A DNA stretch of 50,512 nt from Euryarchaeota archaeon UBA173 (lineage in GTDB: Archaea; Thermoplasmatota; Poseidoniia; Poseidoniales; Thalassarchaeaceae). Below the pieces are notes generated by a model. The model searched no databases and was not told the DNA's origin. It saw nothing but the letters and a program-made list of their open reading frames with translations. Position 1 is the first letter of the stretch. Each line of letters begins with the position of its first letter. Below, one piece after another: positions 34,501-42,144 of this stretch. Made by a program: the position numbers and the translations under genes. Location of the stretch: NCBI GenBank assembly GCA_002498925.1, contig DAJH01000030.1, forward strand, positions 611-51,122, given 5' to 3'.

Positions 34501-34932
34501 ACGTATATCGATAGGCGGGTTTGGTCTGAGAGGGTTTCAGAATCACTACTCAAAGAGAGGGTGGAAGGAGTCCTATCGGATTTCCAAAACTGGGAAAGCG
34601 ACGTTGACAATATGCAGATGTCGGAAGTAGATTTGGAGGATTTCCTAGTCGGACATGAAGACATTTTCAGAATTGTCGATCAGCATAAGAGGGAGCGGCA
34701 TGACGAGGTGGCCACAAGAACTGAAATTGATGGGGCTGAAATATACCCTGAAATGGGGGACTGCGAAATTATGAGAGAGGCGGCGGTAGTAGCCAATGGA
34801 ACCCATGCGGGAATAGGCAGTATTGTAGTGGCTACGAGGGACTCCGATTTCAAGTTGGTATCTAGGGCGTTGGAAGAACGTTTTGGATTCGGAGTGGTGG
34901 GGGACGCGCAGCAACTTAGGCTGCTTAGCTAA
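31567..34932 (+). CDS. 1,121-aa alpha-helical protein with N-terminal RGG tract and C-terminal split PIN-domain nuclease
   Basis: GAGGG lies 6 nt upstream of the ATG. Arg/Gly tract SRTRRVGRRGGRGRVRG (31759..31809). About 800 aa are Leu/Glu/Ser-rich and helical-looking. PIN motifs: VFIDTNILIDAL, AAKREF, GDCEIMREAAVVA, VVATRDSDF. Confidence 0.75.
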   Translation: MEEYLLDCLEMLSRAGDDEVRRKKEIAKSPSWELLDVEWKALAMIGASKAAGEQVGIEAEAGGVSRTRRVGRRGGRGRVRGIEDRVASPQSVIGSTLPAGYRLSVLIIQKHRMKGAWDHSIDSEMDSIRRECEIGVHPVWERMARESPLLAEMGLFPVVQPEGDSGDLGAWIEGALFDHGDFSSLRGWLDKDVPLVLAASQMKALKRIQRDLTGKPRPSEWEGWMSPSLEGMKEEGALLEGVILAACGSARALPVLDGAKGDCSLVSSKHAELIRARMGDFSTWDKTSTSTGTDGLSVALRVEAWKSFDDSTGSSSLNEKISGAELLSGLGLEIPNSLRWSISDDLIASGKKEQAIGYVAGASLSSGENVASCLELLTLDDNGEISLSLKRYIDETSDEDGVLMILRHDDVSSSIRLHAANKLTSRDSIRHTDDVLSAFTRTAEIRGLANSLIGDKSLPRAYPFRMMMVWHMVGAEEATGIMRALEEARRISLYSIDEAEEDEVLSEVSIGLISLLDGISGNLEPVNKKLDHKGERALNEIRNALSPEGDDVVREKSVEALKNSVENTDLETIERGLFSALINALILNRAALDLQSGEDSRRESAISSLEELVSVERVSMKTIRFASDLVFEHRIGIEGLDSWYNEKNRSAMEHHVVRASLLESRGEFASSAWSHREAAMRTMEGDLEKSATFLRRSLISFAHGGCWKDAVSLMDEYPTISASVTKRFKLYLRVCLDQIEGRSPEATSRIIEYVSNDVENGEEGSDSRMESLESLLMYPDERRLPAELFRGRVKAAKRKLSHSTQSTMSQLDIDFESQMREGDSVDKRDRVLKLVTIIEQISEESSIRGLRLFERAIGSGKFDEAENKRLRNSQRILYTRKRDIISIRERKNLKSLSLRPLVFIDTNILIDALKDDLLREISGDSLGTLDWTVDRAFHWMIRRRGDADEVLLSIPKAAKREFLNRTKNPDSVLGLFDNTYIDRRVWSERVSESLLKERVEGVLSDFQNWESDVDNMQMSEVDLEDFLVGHEDIFRIVDQHKRERHDEVATRTEIDGAEIYPEMGDCEIMREAAVVANGTHAGIGSIVVATRDSDFKLVSRALEERFGFGVVGDAQQLRLLS
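34258..34929 (+). other. PIN-like nuclease domain (with ~100-aa insertion) of the 1,121-aa protein
   Basis: Four acidic positions are in the canonical order: D in FIDTN, E in KREF, D/E in GDCEIM, D in TRDSDF. The second and third are separated by an insertion (NPDSVLG...EIYPEM). Confidence 0.6.
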
Positions 34933-35936
34933 TCTTCGTTTAGATTGCTATTAGACTCCAGAGATTCCCCCAATCTCCTCATTATCGTAGTTGCAGATTC
35001 AACGCTATCCACTGTCTCGACGCTCTTCCCAGCAGACCAGAGATCCTTAGAGGAGTTTTTCTTTCCTCTGGCAAGGGCCCTCATCCTCCAGAAAGAGATT
35101 CCTGTGATCAATACCCTGGTCCTGTGCTTGAATCTGCTATTGAGGAGTTTTCTGATCAGCCAGTTGTTGTGCTGCTTCGTTCCGCTCGTGCTGATCACTG
35201 CAATGGGCACTCCTGTGAGTTTAGTAGTCCATGTGATGTCTTCTTCCTTAGCTTCCACGATGGCGTCCTTGTAGTCCTGGGGGGTAGTGCACTCGTCGGT
35301 CGCGATGAACCTGGTTCCCATCTGGACTCCCGCGTACCCCATCTCCAAAGCTTCATTCAACTCTATTTCACTCCCAATTCCACCTGCACAGATCAATGGG
35401 ACGCCGAGATCTGAAAGATCCTCATACATCTCTTGCATCGACATTTCTCCTAGATGCCCTCCTGCTCTATCATTGACGCAAATCAGTCCATCAACGCCAC
35501 AATCAATCCCCTTCTTTGCGTGAAACCTATTCGTAACGTCGTGGTAGACGACTCCCCCTTTGGCGTGAACCCTCTCGCAAACCCAGTCTGGCTTTCCCAG
35601 GGATGTTACGAAGAACCTGATTCCTTCGTCCAAGGCTATATCGATCCACTCGGACATTCTCTGTAGATACTTGTCACTACCCTTCTCGATCAGGGCATTG
35701 AAGCCTATTGGCTTGGAAGTGAGTGTTCTAATATGGCGTATTGCAGACCTCAGTCCTTCTTTGGTGTCTGGCTTGTCGTATCCATGAACCATAGTTGCGG
35801 AAACAGGTTGCACAATGGCAATGCCCCCTCCTTCCGAAGCGGCTGCAACGAGTTCTGGATTAGAGCAGGGGTACATTGCGCCACAGATTATTGGATATTC
35901 AATACCAGTATCCTGGGTTAATCTGGTGCTGATCAT
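34929..35936 (-). CDS. NAD(P)H-dependent flavin oxidoreductase (nitronate monooxygenase / FabK-like enoyl reductase family)
   Basis: Contains YPIICGAMYPCSNPELVAAASEGGGIAIV, LICAGGIGS and GYAGVQMGTRFIATDEC. It is the last gene of the minus-strand fatty-acid cluster. Confidence 0.8.
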   Translation of the reverse strand: MISTRLTQDTGIEYPIICGAMYPCSNPELVAAASEGGGIAIVQPVSATMVHGYDKPDTKEGLRSAIRHIRTLTSKPIGFNALIEKGSDKYLQRMSEWIDIALDEGIRFFVTSLGKPDWVCERVHAKGGVVYHDVTNRFHAKKGIDCGVDGLICVNDRAGGHLGEMSMQEMYEDLSDLGVPLICAGGIGSEIELNEALEMGYAGVQMGTRFIATDECTTPQDYKDAIVEAKEEDITWTTKLTGVPIAVISTSGTKQHNNWLIRKLLNSRFKHRTRVLITGISFWRMRALARGKKNSSKDLWSAGKSVETVDSVESATTIMRRLGESLESNSNLNED

Positions 35937-35940
35937 CTAT

Positions 35941-36444
35941 TCACGTCCTACCCATCACGAGGAAGTTCCACTTGAAGACCCATTCTGATACTACTTCTCC
36001 GGAGGGGTCCCTTCCTATAGAAACGAAGTCCCTCTCGACCGCTTCGCCTGTCTCCATGCTCTCTTCAATTGCCTGGCGCGCAGCGGCCACGTCGTTGCAA
36101 GTGAATGTGATTCTGCCCTTGGCTCTCTTGGTGAACTTGGCTTCCGTTCCAACCACGAACATCCTGAGCTTCTCTGGCATGGACCTAGACATGGCGAAGG
36201 GAGCGGCTCCAGTCGCTAATTCAGCACCCATTCCCTGGACCGCCCAATACATCGTCTTGAAGGGGTTCTGGGTCCTCCAACCACCCGGGAGAGAAGTCAC
36301 GCATGATTCATGGTCCAGAATATCCATTCTGAGCCCCGCAAACCAAGCAGTTGGCATGGACATAGCTGTGAATGTTCTAAACTTCATCCGGCTCTTCAAT
36401 CCCCTGAATTCAGAGTTGAGTTTGGTGTCATCTATTGGCACCAA
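35941..36444 (-). CDS. hypothetical protein, possibly hotdog-fold thioesterase-like (DUF4442-like)
   Basis: The size (~167 aa), its position inside the beta-oxidation operon and the segment NPFKTMYWAVQGMGAELATG are suggestive only. Confidence 0.35.
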   Translation of the reverse strand: MVPIDDTKLNSEFRGLKSRMKFRTFTAMSMPTAWFAGLRMDILDHESCVTSLPGGWRTQNPFKTMYWAVQGMGAELATGAAPFAMSRSMPEKLRMFVVGTEAKFTKRAKGRITFTCNDVAAARQAIEESMETGEAVERDFVSIGRDPSGEVVSEWVFKWNFLVMGRT

Positions 36445-36452
36445 AATTCCCC

Positions 36453-36725
36453 CTAGTCAATACTCATCAGTGAGTCGACTATCTCACAGTATCTTTCCAT
36501 GGCATCTGACTCACTGGTGCCAGAGATTGAGTTCCATGCCTTCCATTTCGCCCTTTCTTTCAGGCCTCCCTTGGGTCTACCCTCACAGTCGCCCTCTGTG
36601 GCCTGCTTGAAGAGGGCATAGAGATCCAGGAGTTGCTGGTTTGTGGGCCTTTCTGGGAGATTCCATACCTTCTTCGATGCACGCTTGAACTTTAGCCTAA
36701 GTGTCTGGCTTGCCTTGCCGGTCAT
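36453..36725 (-). CDS. acyl-CoA-binding protein (ACBP)
   Basis: Contains FKRASKKVWNLPERPTNQQLLDLYALFKQATEGDC..P.....ERAKWKAWNSISGTSESDAMERYCEIV, matching the ACBP signature (P.n.ell.LYalyKQAt.Gd ... KW.AW...g.s...A...Y). ATG 36725 overlaps the acyl-CoA dehydrogenase stop (TGATG). Confidence 0.8.
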   Translation of the reverse strand: MTGKASQTLRLKFKRASKKVWNLPERPTNQQLLDLYALFKQATEGDCEGRPKGGLKERAKWKAWNSISGTSESDAMERYCEIVDSLMSID

Positions 36726-38527
36726 CACATCATCTCCACGGGGTATTCCATGAGGTTCTTGTGGCCAGACTGTATCCTGGCTGCTAGTCCAACTGTTTCT
36801 GGGAATATTCTCTTGAAGAAGTACCTAGCACTGGCGATTTTTGCATCGTAGAATGGTTCTCCTTTCTTCTCAAGACTGATTTTAGCCATCCTGGCCCACA
36901 TATAGGCAAGTAGTACGTTTCCGAAGTACCGGCAGTAGTCGGTTGCCCCTGCGGCTAGGAAGTGAGGGTTGGCTTGCCCTTCAGCTATCATCAACAAAGT
37001 GAGTTGCTGAAGCCCCCTTACGCCCTGATGGAGTGGCTTGTTGAACTCCGCCATCTCTGGAGTTTTCTTGTTCTCCTCGATGAACTCGGTTAATGGCCAC
37101 ATGAGGTATCTTAGGTTCTTGCCCATGTTCTGGGTGATTTTTCTTCCTGCTAGGTCGAGCGCCTGAATCCCGTTCGTGCCCTCCCAAATCTTGGAAATTC
37201 TAACATCCCTGTAAAACTGCTCGACTCCGTATTCGGAACAATACCCGGCCCCGCCCATTACTTGCATACAGGTGCTGGCTGACTCACATCCCAGATCCGT
37301 GAAATGGGCTTTGACGATGGGTGTGAACATGGCGACCAGTGCTTCGGCCATCTCTGCCTCCTCCTTATCCTCGCTATTCATCTGGTCCAGGAGGATGCCG
37401 GTCCAAGCCGCTAGTGCCCTACAGCCTTCGGTGTTCACCTTCGCCTCTAACAGCATCCTTCTGACATCAGGGTGGACGAGGATATTGTCGGCACTCTCGT
37501 TAGGCTCCTGCGGACCCTTCAGATCCCGTCCCTGGCGTCTGTCCTTGGCCCATGCCAGTGAATTCTGGTATGCGATCTCGGCGAGACCGATTCCCATCAT
37601 CCCAGTTGCGAGTCGCTCTCTGTTCATCATCTCGAACATCAATGGCATGCCGTTGTGTAAATCTCCGACCCTCCATCCTACGCTATCATCGAAATTCATT
37701 ACGCACGTTGGAGATGCGTGGATTCCCATCTTCTCCTCGCTACCAGAGCAGGTTACACCATTGTGATTAGAGCTGATCTCGTGGGACAGTCCCTCAAATC
37801 CTCCTGATTCCCACTCAGATGGGAGGTACTTGGGAACGAGGAACAGGGAAATCCCCTTTGTCCCCTCTGGGGCCCCGGGAGTCTTCGCGAGAACGAGGTG
37901 GACGATGTTCTCAGACATGTCGTGCTCCCCGTACGTAATGAAAATCTTGGTTCCCGTGACCCTGTATGAGCCGTCATCCTGGGGGACTGCCTTGGTTGAG
38001 ATGATGCCGAGATCTGTACCAGCGTGTGGTTCCGTGAGACACATGGTGCCCGCCCACTTTCCAGAGGCGAGTTTTGAGGCGAAGTAGTCAATGAGTTCTC
38101 TTTCTCCGTGCTCCACAAGAACGTCGTAGACGCCCAATGTTAGGGCTGGAAGGACGCTCATTGCCATATTTGTCGAGGTTCCGATCTCCGCCCATGTGAC
38201 GGTTTGGAAGAATAATGGCACCCCCATTCCACCATGCTCTGTCTTGCATGCCGTGGAAAGCCAGCCGCCCTCTATACTCTCGTTGTAAGCAGATTTGAAC
38301 TCCTCGGGCATGAAAATATTGCCGTCGTCGAACTTCAGACCCACCCTATCTCCTAATTGGTTGATTGGGAGCCAGACCTCCTTCGCATGCTCTGCCCATC
38401 CCTCTGTAAGCATTGAAAGGAAGTCTGAGTCGAAGTCGTATCCTAGATTCTGAACGATGGGTAATGCGTCGAACATCTCGTTGAACAGGAACTCGTAGTC
38501 CCTTATTGGTGCATTGTACTCTACCAT
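36725..38527 (-). CDS. long-form acyl-CoA dehydrogenase (FadE-like, ~600 aa)
   Basis: N-terminal YNAPIRDYEFLFNEMFD. Also GTMCLTEPHAGTDLG, GEHDMSENIVHLVLAK, GIHASPTC, IWEGTNGIQALDL and a C-terminal extension. Confidence 0.9.
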   Translation of the reverse strand: MVEYNAPIRDYEFLFNEMFDALPIVQNLGYDFDSDFLSMLTEGWAEHAKEVWLPINQLGDRVGLKFDDGNIFMPEEFKSAYNESIEGGWLSTACKTEHGGMGVPLFFQTVTWAEIGTSTNMAMSVLPALTLGVYDVLVEHGERELIDYFASKLASGKWAGTMCLTEPHAGTDLGIISTKAVPQDDGSYRVTGTKIFITYGEHDMSENIVHLVLAKTPGAPEGTKGISLFLVPKYLPSEWESGGFEGLSHEISSNHNGVTCSGSEEKMGIHASPTCVMNFDDSVGWRVGDLHNGMPLMFEMMNRERLATGMMGIGLAEIAYQNSLAWAKDRRQGRDLKGPQEPNESADNILVHPDVRRMLLEAKVNTEGCRALAAWTGILLDQMNSEDKEEAEMAEALVAMFTPIVKAHFTDLGCESASTCMQVMGGAGYCSEYGVEQFYRDVRISKIWEGTNGIQALDLAGRKITQNMGKNLRYLMWPLTEFIEENKKTPEMAEFNKPLHQGVRGLQQLTLLMIAEGQANPHFLAAGATDYCRYFGNVLLAYMWARMAKISLEKKGEPFYDAKIASARYFFKRIFPETVGLAARIQSGHKNLMEYPVEMM

Positions 38528-38536
38528 TCTCTCGCC

Positions 38537-40876
38537 TCAATTCCTCAATGGCTTGCCGGTCTCAAGCATGTGTTGCATTCTGTCTAGGGTGTCGGGATGT
38601 CTCCCAAGCCTCGCAATTGCCGATTTTTCCATGGCTAGGATGTCGTCTTCCTCCAAACTCTCAGTCATGTCCGTATCGCCTCCTGAGAGTATCTCCGCTA
38701 GAGCGGTGGCGACAACCACATCATGAGGGGTTGCCATTCCTGAGAGGGCTAGGTCGTTCAGGGCGAGTTGCAGGCCGGCCATGCCAGTGGGCCCCGGGAG
38801 TGAGTAGTTTCTCGGCTCAGGGGGTTCGTAATCCTCAGAGAGTTCCATTACCCGTGCCTTGGCGTCTGCTAGAAGTCTGTCCCTGTTCATTGTGATTCGA
38901 TCTTCGGGGCCGATGAATCCCATTGATCGGGCCTGTTCTGCAGACTTTGCTACTTGTGCCGTTCCGATGTACTCGAATGCCTTCATCACAGGGCCCATCG
39001 GGCCTTTGCTAGCCAGACCGAAGTCATTGAGTCTGCCCAGAAGCTCCTTGCACCCTCCCCATGCGGGGATTATCCCAACACCGACCTCAACCAGACCGAC
39101 ATATGACTCAGAGTGGGCTTGGACTGCATCGCAGTGCATCAGAACCTCGGCACCGCCTCCCAGACACATGCCAGCGGAAGCAGCGACGATGGGGACTTCG
39201 GAGTACTTGACCGTCTGATACGTGTCCTGCCCTAGTCCGATGAAGTCCTCTAGGTCCTTCCAAGCAGCCAGGTTCGCAGCGAACAGCGCTAGTCCGAGGT
39301 TTGCTCCCGCGCAGAAATTTGAGGCGTCGTTTCCGATGACTATCCCCTTCATTCCCTCTGATTCGGCCATATCGACTGCATTGAGTAGCATCTCCATATT
39401 CATGGGGTCCATGGCATTCATCTTGGTATGGTACTCAACCAAGAGGACATCGTCACCCATATCCCAAATACTGGCGGATCCGTTTCTCTTCAGAGGTTTT
39501 CCTCTCCTCTTGAGGTCTGCCACGTTCAGAGTCTCTTCGGGTCTGTCTACGACGACCATTTCTCCACTTGGGGAGAGTCGTGTGATTTCTCCGTCCTCTA
39601 TCCCGTAGAATGAGCCCTTCTCAGCGGCTAGAGAGAGGAAGCTTGGAACCTCCCTTCCTGTGGCCTTCAGTCTCTCGACCATTGAGGAGGCTCCGATTGA
39701 GTCCATCATCTCGAATGGCCCTCTCTTCCAGTTGTAACCGACCTTCATCGCACCGTCGATTGAGTAGATGTCATCACTGACATCTGGAACTATGTGCGCT
39801 GCGTACGATAGGGAGTCGAGGAGGACGTCCGTTACGAGTCTGGCGCCGTCGTCATCGCAGTCCATCAGAGGTGCTAGACCTCTCTTGCCCATCTTAGCCG
39901 AGGGGAACGCGGCCCTGCGGTTGGCTGTCTTGTACTCACCGTTGGAGAGGTCCCTAGCCTCCTTGACCTTCTTTCCGCCCTCGCGGTTTAGCCGGTAGAA
40001 ACCGCCCTTGCCCTTTCTCCCAGTGTAACCATCCTCTATCATCGACATTACGATCTCCTCCCCGGTTCCGGCTATCTCGTGGAATGGGTCTCCATCGGGG
40101 AGATGCGATAGCAGGCTCTCAGTGACATGGGGAATCAGGTCAATCCCGACCAGGTCCATTAGGGCGAAGACTGCGGTCTTGGGGAGTCCGATTGGCCTTC
40201 CAAGCATAGCATCGGCCTGCTCTATGGATAGCCCGTGGTCCAAGGTGGCCTTGAAGGCCCTCTGGATGAAGTAGACGCCGAGCCTGTTGCCGATGAATCC
40301 GGGTCTGTCATTGCACATGGTGACCCTCTTGCCCAGGTTCAAATCTGCGAATGTGCAGAATCTCTCTACGACTGCCTCGTCGACCTCGGGAGCTGTCACT
40401 ACCTCCAGGAGAGGCAGGTATCTAGGCGGGTTGAAGAAGTGAGTGATGAGGAACCTGGAGGCGATATCGCCCGGTAGCTCGGAGACCAGTTCGGAGCGAG
40501 GCAGCGTGGAAGTGTTGGAGGAGAGTATTGTGTTGGGGCCGATATGCTTGGAGATATTTGAGTAGAGGGACCTCTTTATGTCGAGGTTCTCGATGATTAC
40601 CTCGACTACCCAATCGAAGTCCTTCAGTCGCTCTAGATCGTCCTCTATGTTACCAGCGGTGATTCTCTTGGCATTGCGCTTGTGCATGAGCATCTCCGGG
40701 TTTGACTTGTGCATCTTCTGGATCGCCCCCCTAGCAAGCGCGCTCCTATCCTCGGAGTCTTTTGGGACGATGTCGAGTAGGAGGACCTCGCATCCGGCAT
40801 TGGCACAGTGAGCAGCAATACCCGCGCCCATCACACCGCTACCGATGACGGCGACCCTCTCTATCGAACTGGACAT
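38537..40876 (-). CDS. bifunctional 3-hydroxyacyl-CoA dehydrogenase (N-terminal) / enoyl-CoA hydratase (C-terminal)
   Basis: ORF to 40933 is over-extended; ATG 40876 gives MSSSIERVAVIGSGVMGAGIA (Rossmann fold). HFFNPPRYLPLLEV is 3HCDH-like. The C-terminal crotonase fold contains NFCAGANL and AASAGMCLGGGAEV. Confidence 0.9.
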   Translation of the reverse strand: MSSSIERVAVIGSGVMGAGIAAHCANAGCEVLLLDIVPKDSEDRSALARGAIQKMHKSNPEMLMHKRNAKRITAGNIEDDLERLKDFDWVVEVIIENLDIKRSLYSNISKHIGPNTILSSNTSTLPRSELVSELPGDIASRFLITHFFNPPRYLPLLEVVTAPEVDEAVVERFCTFADLNLGKRVTMCNDRPGFIGNRLGVYFIQRAFKATLDHGLSIEQADAMLGRPIGLPKTAVFALMDLVGIDLIPHVTESLLSHLPDGDPFHEIAGTGEEIVMSMIEDGYTGRKGKGGFYRLNREGGKKVKEARDLSNGEYKTANRRAAFPSAKMGKRGLAPLMDCDDDGARLVTDVLLDSLSYAAHIVPDVSDDIYSIDGAMKVGYNWKRGPFEMMDSIGASSMVERLKATGREVPSFLSLAAEKGSFYGIEDGEITRLSPSGEMVVVDRPEETLNVADLKRRGKPLKRNGSASIWDMGDDVLLVEYHTKMNAMDPMNMEMLLNAVDMAESEGMKGIVIGNDASNFCAGANLGLALFAANLAAWKDLEDFIGLGQDTYQTVKYSEVPIVAASAGMCLGGGAEVLMHCDAVQAHSESYVGLVEVGVGIIPAWGGCKELLGRLNDFGLASKGPMGPVMKAFEYIGTAQVAKSAEQARSMGFIGPEDRITMNRDRLLADAKARVMELSEDYEPPEPRNYSLPGPTGMAGLQLALNDLALSGMATPHDVVVATALAEILSGGDTDMTESLEEDDILAMEKSAIARLGRHPDTLDRMQHMLETGKPLRN

Positions 40877-40884
40877 CGTAACAC

Positions 40885-42018
40885 CTACATTCTTTCTAGA
40901 ACAGTGGCGATTCCCTGTCCTCCGCCTACGCACATTGTTGCTAGGGCATGCTTAGCCCCGTTCTTGCTCATCAGCTGGGCGGCCTTGCCAGTGATTCTTG
41001 CTCCACTGGCACCCAATGGGTGACCTAGTGCTATTGCACCCCCTTCGATATTGACTTTGGAGGTGTCTAGTCCCAGCTCCTCTATCACTGCGAGGGACTG
41101 TGCCGCGAATGCCTCGTTGAGCTCGATGACGTCAATATCGTCGATTGTCAGGCCAGCTCTGTCGAGAGCCTTTCTAGTGGCCTCGACTGGTCCTATTCCC
41201 ATTATCTCAGGAGCGCAACCGGAGACCGAGGTGCTCAGAATTTTGGCGAGTGGCTTCAGGCCGTGCTCAGCCGCGAATTCCTCCGAGCAGACTAGGACGA
41301 ATGCCGCGCCATCCGTGAGTGGTGATGCTGTTCCGGCTGTGACAGTGCCGCTTGCATCGAAGGCCAGACGGAGCCCAGCTAGGCCCTCAGCGTCAGTGTC
41401 GGGCCTGATGCACCCGTCTGTATCGACTGTTCCTCCAGTAGTTTCGATGGGTACGATCTCACCAGACAAGTTGCCTGACTCTCTGGCAGAGGATGCTCGT
41501 GACTGGCTCTCCACTGCGAAGGCCTCCTGGGCTTCCCTGTCGATGCCGTACTTCTTTGCGAGATTCTCGGCAGTGATGCCCATGGAGGTGAATGCCTCGG
41601 GGTAGCCAGAGCTGAGCTTCGGGTTGGGCATGGGGTTGAAACCAGTCATCGGGATCCTTGTCATCGACTCCACCCCTCCTGCGATGAAGGCATCACCTGC
41701 CCCCATGGATACCCTCCCTGCGGCGTCGTGGATGGCTTGCATGGATGACCCGCAGAACCGGTTTATTGTGACTCCAGGAACTGTCTCTGGGAGATCCGTG
41801 AGGAACGTTATCATCCTAGCGACATTGAAGCCCTGCTCGGCTTCCGGGAAGGCCGTCCCAACTATCAGGTCCTCAATCAGACTAGGGTCCACCCCTGTCT
41901 CCTTGATCAGTCCGTTAACCACGGCTGCTGCTATGTCATCGGGTCTTGTTCTGGCTAGATCCCCCCTCTTCGCAGGGGTGAATGGGGACCTTGCGTATCC
42001 GGCTATCACTGCGGGCAT
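40885..42018 (-). CDS. acetyl-CoA C-acyltransferase (thiolase)
   Basis: Contains NRFCGSSMQAI (active-site Cys), NEAFAAQ, GAIALGHPLGASGAR and CVGGGQGIA. Confidence 0.92.
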   Translation of the reverse strand: MPAVIAGYARSPFTPAKRGDLARTRPDDIAAAVVNGLIKETGVDPSLIEDLIVGTAFPEAEQGFNVARMITFLTDLPETVPGVTINRFCGSSMQAIHDAAGRVSMGAGDAFIAGGVESMTRIPMTGFNPMPNPKLSSGYPEAFTSMGITAENLAKKYGIDREAQEAFAVESQSRASSARESGNLSGEIVPIETTGGTVDTDGCIRPDTDAEGLAGLRLAFDASGTVTAGTASPLTDGAAFVLVCSEEFAAEHGLKPLAKILSTSVSGCAPEIMGIGPVEATRKALDRAGLTIDDIDVIELNEAFAAQSLAVIEELGLDTSKVNIEGGAIALGHPLGASGARITGKAAQLMSKNGAKHALATMCVGGGQGIATVLERM

Positions 42019-42038
42019 GCTCTTCCATGCTCTGGTGC

Positions 42039-42048
42039 AATAATTAAA
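42039..42048 (-). promoter_or_regulatory. TATA-box candidate (TTTAATTATT) for the thiolase/beta-oxidation operon
   Basis: It is centred about 25 nt upstream of ATG 42018, which implies a leaderless or near-leaderless transcript. Confidence 0.4.
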
Positions 42049-42112
42049 CCATCAGGTAATTTTTACTACACCGAGTTTATTGTATGGAAGCGTGCCCTAC
42101 AGTCCTTTCCGA

Positions 42113-42121
42113 TTTGATAAA
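42113..42121 (+). promoter_or_regulatory. TATA-box candidate (TTTGATAAA) for hypothetical gene 42145
   Basis: It is centred about 27 nt upstream of ATG 42145, implying a leaderless transcript. Confidence 0.35.
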
Positions 42122-42144
42122 CCCCCAGACATCAGTCCTGCTGT

